A stretch of DNA of 64,000 bases from Cyanidioschyzon merolae. Lineage: Eukaryota. Below the pieces are notes generated by a model. It saw only the letters and a program-made list of their open reading frames with translations, did no database searches and had not been told where the DNA came from. The stretch is taken from the NCBI GenBank assembly GCA_000091205.1, contig AP006498.2. One strand, written 5' to 3'. A program made the translations under genes and the position numbers. Each line of letters begins with the position of its first letter. Position 1 is the first letter of the stretch. This document shows, in pieces, positions 29,794 through 39,194 of the stretch.

Positions 29794-31419
29794 CTATTCT
29801 GGAGATCTGTTCTCCAGCACCGCACATCTCCGTATATTGCTAGGGGCATGAAAGTCACGATTCACAAACTCCATACGGTTCTTGCCATCATTGGTTGTAC
29901 TTACTAACGCAGGCAATCCTCGAACGTTCGCCCTCCTTTCCATTTGCTCCTCTGTTAGCGGTCCGTACTTTGCGATTTCCTCAGGGCACCGCTGGCACTT
30001 TTCCATCTCGACCGTCTGAAGTGTACAACCCAGCTCGTGGTGTGTATAGGACGTTCGGAACTCATCTACAGATATCGTGACGAGACGCCTTCCACACTCC
30101 TTGTACGTTCGTGTTGTTGGAGCTGGTATGCACCCCTTTTGGGTCTTCCATCGCCCTGCTCCATACGCTACGACGAGCCTTTGAGTCTGGTCCCCGTTGA
30201 GCGCACGCAACTGATTGAAAAAGTTGGCAAACGCCCGCTGCCTCCCACAGTGTAGATTCATACGCAGACGGGCCCACCGAGGCTTTGTATATTCCTTCCA
30301 CAGCGCATCCCAATGGGCAACACGAACTTCCATGAATTTCCGAAAAGCTCGAAAGTCCGCTCCTCGGCTCGTCACCTCGCTCATAGCTTCCAGGTGCTCT
30401 TTCATTCCTGAATTCCACGTTTCGATTTTCTTCGTCGCATTTATGACACCGGATTCTCGATAGAATCTCGCTCTCGAGAACGTCAACAGACGGATGTCTT
30501 TCTGACGTAAGTTGCCGTAAGTACCATCTTCCGCCCGCTTCGGTGCTGCGATGGTTATGGTATTTGTGCTTCCGGGGTCCGTGCCAACGACAAAGTCGAT
30601 ATCCTGCACTTTCTGCTTCTCAGAACCCGCCTTCTTGTTCTCTTCATTCTTTACCGCGCCAACGACAAGGTCGTTATGCTCCACCTCCTGCATCGCAGGA
30701 TCCGCCGCCTTCTTATCTTCATCCTTCGTCACGTCAACGACAAGGTCGTTATGCTCCACCTCCTGCATCGCAGGATCCGCCTTCTTCTCATTTTCATCCT
30801 TCGTTACGCCAACGACAAGGTCGTTATGCTCCACCTCCTGCATCGCAGGATCCGCCGCCTTCTTATCTTCATCCTTCGTTACGCCAACGACAAGGTCGTT
30901 ATGCTCCACCTCCTGCATCGCAGGATCCGCCGTCTTCTTATCTTCATCCTTCGTCACGTCAACGACAAGGTCGTTATCCTCCACCTCCTGAATCGCACGT
31001 TCCTCCTCTTTGTTTTCTTCATCCCTCGTCACGGGCGAAGTCAAAGGCGGAACTGGCCGATCTGTCTTCAACCGCCGATCGTGTACACAAAAGGCTACCC
31101 CATCGGTTTCGATCTTCCCAGTGAATACATTTTGCTTGCTCACTTTGGGACGCTTGGAATCGGAGATACGCTTCCAGTGGGTCTCCCGGTTTTCGCCGGT
31201 GAAATCCTTCCTGCTAACACTGAACTTCGGTCCGATCTCCCTCATGATGCCGTAAAGGACGCCGGAGTCGATACTCACGAAGTATGACTTGATATTGGAC
31301 AATGGAACCACGCCGGAGCGCTTCCCCACTAGGACAGCCTTCCGTCTCTCCCACTCTTCATTTGTCTCTTCACTCAGCTTCATCTCCGCCTTGCGTTCGA
31401 GCTCTCGGTCCAGAAACAC
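29794..31419 (-). CDS. Fanzor/TnpB-like RuvC nuclease, C-terminal portion of copy B (541 aa with the expanded acidic repeat).
   Basis: It has the same RuvC-I, RuvC-II, zinc-finger and RuvC-III motifs as copy A, and five to six copies of [25 protein letters not shown]. Confidence 0.8.
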   Translation of the reverse strand: MFLDRELERKAEMKLSEETNEEWERRKAVLVGKRSGVVPLSNIKSYFVSIDSGVLYGIMREIGPKFSVSRKDFTGENRETHWKRISDSKRPKVSKQNVFTGKIETDGVAFCVHDRRLKTDRPVPPLTSPVTRDEENKEEERAIQEVEDNDLVVDVTKDEDKKTADPAMQEVEHNDLVVGVTKDEDKKAADPAMQEVEHNDLVVGVTKDENEKKADPAMQEVEHNDLVVDVTKDEDKKAADPAMQEVEHNDLVVGAVKNEENKKAGSEKQKVQDIDFVVGTDPGSTNTITIAAPKRAEDGTYGNLRQKDIRLLTFSRARFYRESGVINATKKIETWNSGMKEHLEAMSEVTSRGADFRAFRKFMEVRVAHWDALWKEYTKPRWARLRMNLHCGRQRAFANFFNQLRALNGDQTQRLVVAYGAGRWKTQKGCIPAPTTRTYKECGRRLVTISVDEFRTSYTHHELGCTLQTVEMEKCQRCPEEIAKYGPLTEEQMERRANVRGLPALVSTTNDGKNRMEFVNRDFHAPSNIRRCAVLENRSPE

Positions 31420-31453
31420 AAAGTACCGTAGGACGAGGCGATAGTATCGTTCC

Positions 31454-32092
31454 TTATCTTTTTTTCAACTCTGATATCTTTTCTGTTTGATTCGCCAACC
31501 CCAGTACCGCACGGTACTCTTGTACAGCCGCACGGATCACAGAAGCTTCATTCGCGCTCTCGTTTGACGCCTTCTTCTCGACAAATTCGGCCTCATCTTC
31601 ATGCTGTCGATCTTTCGTGATGCCATTGATAGTCGCCCATTTTCCTTTGCGAGAGATGCCCGGGCGGAGTGCAACCGCGGCGCGGATCACGAAACGTTCG
31701 AGGTTCGTTGTCAAACGGCTCGTCAGGTTCGTGAGGTACTTCATCGCCCCATAGTCGTAAATATCCGCGCCACCCCTGTATCGGGTACCCTCGAAGCGGA
31801 ATGCCGCGAAGTTTTCGTGGAGGGCATGCACTAGCACATTTTCCCTCCACGTTCCTGCTGTACAAAGCATCAGGTAGAGAAAAATCGTCTTGTCGAAAAC
31901 CTCGTCCGGAATCTCGACCGATTCCATGTGCGTCACGTCGAGATACATCTCCCTCGCCAGATGCATCAGTCCTGACGATGCCTTTATAATACTCATGGAG
32001 TACGACTCAACACGGTTTCTAGTTGCCTCCCGTAACTTCTCCACCCACGCATTCTTGATATGTTTAAGAAGACAGGCTTTCACCACCGTCAC
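31454..32092 (-). CDS. N-terminal portion of the Fanzor gene in copy B, with the same A7-tract +1 frameshift as copy A.
   Basis: It is near-identical to 18309..18947. Confidence 0.55.
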   Translation of the reverse strand: MTVVKACLLKHIKNAWVEKLREATRNRVESYSMSIIKASSGLMHLAREMYLDVTHMESVEIPDEVFDKTIFLYLMLCTAGTWRENVLVHALHENFAAFRFEGTRYRGGADIYDYGAMKYLTNLTSRLTTNLERFVIRAAVALRPGISRKGKWATINGITKDRQHEDEAEFVEKKASNESANEASVIRAAVQEYRAVLGLANQTEKISELKKR

Positions 32093-33224
32093 GTAGGACT
32101 CTTGTTTTTCGTGCAGCTTCTGACGTGGGCTCTCCCTCTTCTGCGTCTTTGTCTTTTCCTGTTACTCTCCGCCGGGCACTGTTTTTTGTTTTTTTTTCTG
32201 GCAGCCGGCGACACCTGCCTTCCAGGATCCTCCGCTTGCTTTTCCAGAAATTTCCTTTTTTCGAAAAAGAACACGCTTTGAACGCTTCTGTTATAAACTG
32301 CGAAAAATCAACCGAATACACTCATTTGAGCGTTGAAACACGACTGAGATGAAATAATATATTTCGCTACGATTCCAATGCAAATACACGTTTTACGTTA
32401 AAACAACAAGTCAACGAATGGTCAGGATTGCGTTTCCCTTCAACGGCGAGATGCGCGTCGTACCTCATGCCTGCCGGTAATGGAGGTGTGCATCTCGACC
32501 GCACTATATGCAGCAAAGAACAGGACTAGCTACTGACTAGCAATGAGATGACCATTTCTTTCCCACTCTACAGTAAACGTTAAAAGGGCAAATGTTGCCA
32601 GATCGTCGAAAGCTTACCTTCCAGGCGAAAGGTCCAGCGAGCCGGACGAGTCTCCGGGGGTTCGTGCTTCATGGCTTCCCCTTCGCCACCCCAGTGCCAG
32701 GTGCTCTAGTGATATCTGACCAACTCATCCCCGAAGCGGTTTATTCCGGCATTAAGGGTGCTCAGGCAGCGTCTGGGCGTCGCCCTGGTCGCAGCGCATT
32801 CGGTGGTACGCCTACGCTGTCCTGTCCCTGTGCAGCATCCGCTCCAGCGGTACAAGCGCTGCGGCGGGTGCTCACCGCAGGCTCGGCGCACGAAAGAACG
32901 CACAAATCGACCAGTCTAGCGGAAAGGGAGTCTAAGTAATGGAACCTGGAAGCAGGGTGCACCATGACGGGCGCTTTCCCGAAAGCCGATATCCATCCCG
33001 CAATCCGTGATCCACGGTCGATGGATAGGTTTTCTCAGACCAGAAAAAGAACAAGACACGACGCACATCTCGCCGTTGAAGGGAAACGCGATCCTGATCA
33101 TGAACGTGTCGCTCTAACGGACAAGACGTGTTAGGGTTGAAGTGGCAGCAAGGTCTAGTCTTTCAATGCATTCGTGTTCCACTAGCCTCGTAGAGTATTC
33201 AAGTGGTTTTTCGCGGTTAACAGC

Positions 33225-33728
33225 AGATGCGTTCCAAGTGCGTTCGTTCTCAAAAAAAATAGAATGCAATGGTATGGACGTGAAAGTCGAGGATACCGGA
33301 GGACCGTCATTGCCGAGTTCGACAAGCAAAATGAGGAAATCCTCTTCCCGCCGACCACCTATCCAAGAAGAACAACGGGTGACGACAACGAAGACGATGA
33401 CGATGACGACGATGCGATATAGGCGAGAAAAGGTGTTTGCGCAACCGGTACGTTTACGAAACTGTGGTGGCACAGAGAGCACGAGTTCGAGGCGTCTTCG
33501 CAAAGCGAGGTTCCACCATCGGCCATAAATGCAAGGAGTTCGTCGACCGAGACCCCAACGTCGCCATCATGATCAGATAATATGCAGAGCGAAAGACTTT
33601 ACCCGAGGAACTGACGCGATCTGACTTGCGGGGCAGTCTCTCAGGGTCTCCGTACACAACCAGAAGCTGAAGCCGACAGCAGGGCCCGGTCCAGCACGGC
33701 AGGGAGGCGTCTGCGGGTAGATATCCAT
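33225..33728 (+). mobile_element. Short non-autonomous Fanzor-derived element (F2b). It is the duplicate of F2a.
   Basis: It has the same sequence as 20080-20583 within the duplicated block. Confidence 0.6.
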
Positions 33729-35220
33729 GTATACGACATGGTCGTGGGACGTTTTTGTTCCACTGACAGGTGCGTTCGAGTTACATAGAACTGAACAGAT
33801 CCACGGACAAAGACGTATGCACTAATATTTCGGCTTCTTTAAACGACGCTGGTCTCTCCTTTCTCTCCGGCGCTGTTCATAGCAGTCGCACGATATTGGC
33901 GGTGGTGGTGTTCAGGCCCCGATTCCATAGCTGCCGACTCTTGTCTAGGCATTCCATGCACTGCCAAAAGTTGCCATCTTCGCTTCGCTTGCCATGTGCA
34001 CCTTCTCTCCACTCTGTTGCGGTGCGCCCGTCGCAGCGTTGCCGCTTGGCTGTGGTCTGGCGGTCACATGCCACCAGCATACTTCGTCATCTGACGGCTA
34101 GTCGCTGACACGTGAACGCTCGCGTCGACGCTCCGTAACTGTGTGTGGCGGGTCCAGAAGCCTCACCTCAGTGCCCTGCTCCGTTCTCGCACCAGCTGCC
34201 GTAACCTACGCTCACGGGCTTCTGCTGGGCGATCGCCTCGGCGAGAGCGCTCCCCGCAGCACACGCCTGCGCATGCTGCTCCCTTCTCTAGACGACTCGT
34301 CGAAGGCGATGCTCTCCAGACAGGAACAGGTACCGCAACGAACCTCCCAGGCCGGCGTGCACGTCGTGAACTCTCGATCTGTCTTCGCTCGCTTCGCGCA
34401 AAGCAGTGACGCACACTCTACTCAAAGTCATCGCAGCGATGAGTAAAGCCCGGGTCCAAGACCCCTTTCCATGCGCAGAGAAGAGACGGGCGCCTCTGAG
34501 CGCATGTTCCGGGAACTGCACCATACTGCCAATGAGTGCCGCTCCGTCGATAGCCCCACATAGAGGTGCCATTGCCTCTCAAGCGAAACTGCCTGTTCGC
34601 AGTGATAAGCTGCGTGACGTTTCAGCGAGAGTCTGTGAACGAGTCGTCACGGCCTCAACCCAGGTATTTTTCGTCGTTCATCCAGCGACGTGAAGTGCTG
34701 CACCCGAGTGTCGTCTTGAAGCAGAGGCATCGAACCTTGGCGCATGCGAGTGATTCGTGCACGCTACACTTAGGAATATGAGAAGCGCAGAGGCTTGTAC
34801 ACATGTCGTGGAAGAAGATGCCTTTTATGTGATGAATCCTTGCTCGTGGGTGCCGCGCATCATTCAAATGACGGTGACGTGACGAATGCGAGCGGCAGAG
34901 GGTCTACAAAGCAACTCCGGATGTGCGACCCTGATTCCTACAGCTACTTCCCAGTCCATGAGCCCGCACTGTTGCACTTTGCATCTACAGGCTGGAGATC
35001 TAAAACAATTGCGGAAAAATCTCAAGCCAGGAACTGCGCGAGCAGCTCTGTATTGCATTGATTCTAACACTGGCGCTGCATCAGGTGCCGCCGCTGTTTC
35101 TCTGCAAAGCTCTGCCGTGCGCTCTCTCTCGCTTTCTCTCTCTACAACCTCCTCTCCGCGCCCTTGGCCAAAACACGTGAACAGAGTGCTGGATGTCGAG
35201 CATAACGCCCCGTTGCGCAG

Positions 35221-35724
35221 CTATCCGCCAGTCTGCACCTGCTTCGAGTACTCTCTCACTAAATAGACCAGGACCGCTATGCATACAGGAACAAACAGTC
35301 GTTTCAAAAGCGTCCACGTGCTGGATCCACCAGAGAGCGGCTCAGCTCCGAACGCGCCCCCGGCAAAGAGTCGCTCTTTTCCCAGACCGTTGGCTCGAAC
35401 ACCATCGCCGTCACGCCTCTCGGCTGCTGCACTCGCTTGGACGGCTCGCTTTGCAGCGAGTTCCTCTGCAGTGGGCTCTCGTACGTCACCAATGTAAAAC
35501 TCTTTGAGCTGCTCCCGCGCAGACTTGGAGTGACCGACATCCTCGAACTCGCGCGTCGCGTCCCGACCTGCGGTCTCGAGGAGCACGTCTTCGCCTCCGG
35601 GGTGCTCGTTCAGAAACTTCTCAACGGCGTATACTTTACCATCGATGACTAGCCAGCATGAGTCCTTATCTGCGTGTTTAGCGACCTCGTCCAAAGTAAA
35701 CTGAGTCGTGCGACCCATCGCCAT
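35221..35724 (-). CDS. CYB5: Cytochrome b5, with a heme-binding domain and a C-terminal membrane anchor.
   Basis: It has an HPGGEDVLLETAGRDATREFEDVGHS heme-binding motif and a hydrophobic C-terminus (LFVPVCIAVLVYLV). The track ORF starts 33 codons upstream at an ATG at 35823, which lies inside the Fanzor copy D terminus. The conserved b5 domain begins at M-A-M, so that start was chosen. Confidence 0.8.
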   Translation of the reverse strand: MAMGRTTQFTLDEVAKHADKDSCWLVIDGKVYAVEKFLNEHPGGEDVLLETAGRDATREFEDVGHSKSAREQLKEFYIGDVREPTAEELAAKRAVQASAAAERRDGDGVRANGLGKERLFAGGAFGAEPLSGGSSTWTLLKRLFVPVCIAVLVYLVREYSKQVQTGG

Positions 35725-35726
35725 CA

Positions 35727-36500
35727 CCAACGCCGTTCGAAAGTCGAACGACGCCAACGGTGTACAATAGTGGCGAGTGACCCGCCCTAGAGGAGACGTC
35801 GCCAGTTGATGTGCGGACGCCATCCAATCTTTCTCGACCGGCCACGTACAACTGCTTCCAACTTTTTCTCATATAATTCCACGTTGGGAGGTTCTCCCAC
35901 AAAATTCTCTCTTGTCTACTTTGGAGGTCTATTCTCCAGCACCGCACATCTCCTTATATCGATAGCTGCGTTAAGGTCTCGGTTCACAAACTCGATACGT
36001 TTCTTGCCATCATTGGTTGTACTTACTAATGCAAGTAGCCGTCGAACTTTTGCCCTCCTTTCCATTTGCTCGTCTGTCAGCGGTCCGTACTTTTTTATAT
36101 CCTCAGGGCTCCACTGACACTTTTACATTTCCACTCTCTGAGGTGTGCATCCGAGTTCATGGTGTGTACACGATGTTCGGAACTCATCTACAGGTATCGT
36201 GACGAAACGCCTTGCGCACTCCTTTTACGTTCTTGTCGATGGAGCTGGTGTAGTCCCTTTTTGGGTCTTCCATCGGCCTGCTCCGTACGCTACTACGAGC
36301 CTCTGACTTTCATCCTCCTTCAGGGCACTCAGCTGATTGAAGAAGTTTGCGAACGCCCGCTGCCTCCCACCGTATAGATGCATACGCTGACGAGCCCACC
36401 GGGGCTTTGTATACCCTTTCTACAGCTCCTCGTTATGAGCAGCGCGAGTATTCATGAACTCCAGAAAAGCCTGAAAGTCCGCTCAACGGCTCGTCACGTT
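35727..36500 (-). mobile_element. Truncated family-1 Fanzor element (copy D), 3' part only. Its terminus abuts the cytochrome b5 start codon.
   Basis: It aligns with the 3' roughly 770 bp of copies A and B, covering the tail, the stop and the RuvC-III/zinc-finger region. It ends in gccactattgtaca followed by cgttggcgtcgttcgactttcgaacggcg. Similarity to A and B stops near 36500. Confidence 0.65.
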
Positions 36501-36539
36501 ACCGATAGATGAGTAACGAACGACTTTCGTCCACCATGA

Positions 36540-36900
36540 GTTGGGACGTACACTTCAGAAGGTAGAGATGGAAAAAGCCAGCGGGGCGCTCCGGAGATGA
36601 AAGAGTACGGAGAGCTGCCAGAGCAGGAAATTGCAGTGAGGGCACGAGGCCGTGGACTCCTTGCATTCATAAGTTCCACCAGCGGCGGAGCATGCAAGGA
36701 GTTCGTGAACCGAGACTTTAACGCAGCTATTAATATCAGAAGATGTGCAGTGCCGGAGACGAGACCCGAAGAGCTGACGCGATCTAATTTTGTGACACAG
36801 CCTCTCAGGCTCCAAGTGTACAGAGAGAAGCTGAAACCGATAGCCGAGGGCAGGTCGAAAAAGACTGGGAGATGTCTGCGCGATAGTAGATACACACAAA
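36540..36900 (+). mobile_element. 3' fragment of a plus-oriented Fanzor-derived element (E) with a degenerate zinc finger. It is joined tail-out to copy D.
   Basis: It encodes KSQRGAPEMKEYGELPEQ (compare [19 protein letters not shown]), then VNRDFNAAINIRRCAVPE, then an F2-type tail ending gatagtagatacac. Confidence 0.55.
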
Positions 36901-37372
36901 TACCGCCCATGGCCGCGAAACGTTCTTCATTTTGCTGAATGTATAGATCATCTTCCGCCGGATGCACCAGCGATGTCCCCGGCACAAACGCTCCAACAGA
37001 AGATGTATTTCTTTTGGCAAGCCGTCGCACGGAAGACTTGCTCGGATACCGATGTTGGACGTCTGGGTCTGCATAATATTCTCAAACGAATGCTGATCCA
37101 GATTCTACCGTGGCATCTCTCGCAACGCATGAACTTCGCGCGAACCCGTTTCATCGTGTGCGTACGGCTTCCGCAAACCCCCTACATTTCAAAATCCGCT
37201 CACTCGGTGGTTGCCAACGCGGGGGTGAGGCCAACCTCATGTCGCCCTCTTTGAAACGCGCCTCCGGGGCGGAGCGTTCGCCACTCGGGTGATCCCAAAG
37301 ATGGATACCCCCGCAGCGATGCATATCGGTGGAGCGCATCCCAAGGAAGCGCGCCCCTATGATTTTCCGTCA

Positions 37373-38524
37373 TTATTCCTCTTCGACTAGATTGCCATGA
37401 CGGTCAAAGAAACGATACCGACGCCCGGGCACGATCGCGTTCCAAGCGATGCTTGCAAACGCGCCCGGCAGTGTCTTGAACCTGATGTACGCCCCACGAA
37501 GTGGTGGCTGTGATCGCGCCACCTGGATGATTCGAGGCACCAGGAACGCTGCAACTGTTTCCGGTCGCTCCGCCAAAAGGTTAAAGAATAGGCGCATCTG
37601 CGCGGTGGAGTCACGGAGCAGAAGATCCGTTATCATCATACCCGGTGAAATGGTGTGGACGGACACATTGGTGCCAGCGAGCTCTCTGTTAAGGGAGCGC
37701 ATCAGCTGCGGCATGGCACGTTTGGTTGTACCATACGCAGCAAAGTACGGGGTTCCGTTGCCAAAGACACCCGCACCGTCGACATTGAAAATATGCCCAT
37801 GCTTGTTTTGCGCACGCGTCATGTGGAGCGCTGCGGTGCGGCAGCCGAGCATCGTTCCGAGAAGGTTCGTCTCGATGACTTCGCGGAGCGCAGCTGCTGG
37901 CACATCGACAGCGCTCCCGCGTCTGCCAACAGTACCTGCGTTGTTAATCCACACATCCATGGTCGATTCACCAAAGTACGAAAAAGCCGACTCCACAAAC
38001 GACTCCAACTCGTCTTCACTCGCTACGTTGCAACGTTGAGCGAATAGAAGCGTTGGCGGGAGTTCGCTGCGAATGTCCGCGAGGCGCGTCGTATCGCGTC
38101 CGCAAACGGCAACGCGGTGTCCGCCCTGTGCAAATGCCCTCGTCAGCGCCCAGCCGAGACCACGGGAGCCCCCAGTGATGAAGACTACGAGTGAATCAGC
38201 CGCCGGCTGGAGTGTGCTGTCGAGGGCGAGCCTCGACGGACGCCTTGTGCGCCTGCGTGTCCAGCGCCGAGGTTCGTGCGCAACGCTCCTGTTGACGCAA
38301 GTTCCGCAAGCAGAGCGTGTGCGTTTTAGCACGCGCGCCGAACGCTGTACCGGCCGCAGATGCACGCGTTCCGACTCTGCTGTAGTACGGAGCGAGAACG
38401 ACCGGCCGCTTGCTGCCCTGAAGGGCGAAATCAGGAAGCATTCGCTCGGGGTACGCGTCGCGCTACCTGTCAACAGGGACAACCGACAGTGGCGCTGTCC
38501 ACAAGCTCCCTGCTCGGGGATCAT
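37373..38524 (-). CDS. Short-chain dehydrogenase/reductase of the NOL/NYC1 (chlorophyll(ide) b reductase) type, with an N-terminal extension of about 100 aa.
   Basis: It has TGxxxGxG (VVFITGGSRGLG), WINNAGT, HIFNVDGAG, a YGTTK active site, and HTISPGMMITDLL, all collinear with plant NOL. It starts at an ATG, and the basic, S/R-rich N-terminus resembles a targeting peptide. Confidence 0.75.
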   Translation of the reverse strand: MIPEQGACGQRHCRLSLLTGSATRTPSECFLISPFRAASGRSFSLRTTAESERVHLRPVQRSARVLKRTRSACGTCVNRSVAHEPRRWTRRRTRRPSRLALDSTLQPAADSLVVFITGGSRGLGWALTRAFAQGGHRVAVCGRDTTRLADIRSELPPTLLFAQRCNVASEDELESFVESAFSYFGESTMDVWINNAGTVGRRGSAVDVPAAALREVIETNLLGTMLGCRTAALHMTRAQNKHGHIFNVDGAGVFGNGTPYFAAYGTTKRAMPQLMRSLNRELAGTNVSVHTISPGMMITDLLLRDSTAQMRLFFNLLAERPETVAAFLVPRIIQVARSQPPLRGAYIRFKTLPGAFASIAWNAIVPGRRYRFFDRHGNLVEEE

Positions 38525-38601
38525 GCCCGACCTACCCGAGCGGTCTTCAACAGCCTCCAGTTTGCAGTGTATTCCGAAAGACTTGCGAAAAAGGAGTTTC
38601 G

Positions 38602-38685
38602 TGACGGCGACGCGATTCGAACGCGCGTGAGCTGTCGCTCATTGGAACCTTACTCCAACGCCTTGGACCACTCGGCCACGCCGTC
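38602..38685 (-). tRNA. tRNA-Leu (anticodon AAG), a type II tRNA with a long variable arm.
   Basis: The minus-strand sequence is GACGGCGTGGCCGAGTGGTCCAAGGCGTTGGAGTAAGGTTCCAATGAGCGACAGCTCACGCGCGTTCGAATCGCGTCGCCGTCA. It folds with a 7-bp acceptor stem, a GCC/GGC D-stem, a 5-bp anticodon stem with loop GUAAGGU, a variable-arm hairpin TGAGC-GACA-GCTCA, a GTTCGAATC T-loop and discriminator A73. Confidence 0.8.
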
Positions 38686-39194
38686 GTGCCTCTCTCTGAA
38701 GCGTACTGGGTGCACAGCGTCCGCGATAGTCGCTGCGATTGCATCGGCACGTCCATCGCGTTAGACATTGACGCGAACGCGCTCACCTGAGCGGATCAAG
38801 CTGTGCCCCAGCATCTCCATGGATCTTGTGATGCAGAAAACCGTATATAAAGTGATCAGTGCTGTCCGCGCAACGGCTGTCGCTCCGGTGGCGATCGCTG
38901 CGTGCCGCGGGCACGGAAGCGCACGCGTGCGCCTTCACGCATGGCCGTGCCTGAAGGGTTATTGCGTGGCAACGCGAGAGGCGTCCGCACACCAGAATGC
39001 GCCTCCAGCACCGCTGGACTGGGATCAATCGCCCGCTGCATGCACCGATGCGTGCGAGTCACGCGATCCTCCCGGCATCAGCGCCAGCAGAGATTTGCCC
39101 ATGCTGGGTCTGCGTGCTGCTGCTGTGTACGCGTGTGTATAGAGAGGCTCCTGATATCGCGAAACGTACCTATTCTTGAACTGGGCGGGCAGCC

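Larger units (their letters stand above)
29620..32325 (-). mobile_element. Fanzor/TnpB-like element, family-1 copy B. It is co-oriented with cytochrome c1 and lies immediately upstream of it.
   Basis: It has the same structure as copy A at about 98-99% identity. Its conserved tail ends in gccactactgtac at about 29640. It carries three extra 25-aa repeat units. Confidence 0.8.
29640..35047. repeat. Segmental duplication, copy 2 (5.41 kb).
   Basis: It is the duplicate of 16720..21903. It is longer by 225 bp (three 75-bp coding repeat units) and carries scattered substitutions. Confidence 0.9.

Noticed and set aside
16720-35047. The A/B duplication was considered as an assembly artefact, or as a single 5.2-kb composite transposon.
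   Set aside because: The copies differ by about 1% substitutions and a 225-bp indel, and have different unique flanks, so both loci appear real. Other Fanzor copies (C, D) do not carry the right-hand 2.6 kb. A segmental duplication is therefore favoured over a mobile 5.2-kb unit, although this cannot be excluded.
35725-35823. The ATG at 35823 was considered as the cytochrome b5 start, giving a 33-aa N-terminal extension.
   Set aside because: The extension is the translation of the conserved Fanzor terminus. The same sequence is non-coding beside copies A, B and C. The b5 domain begins at the internal Met.
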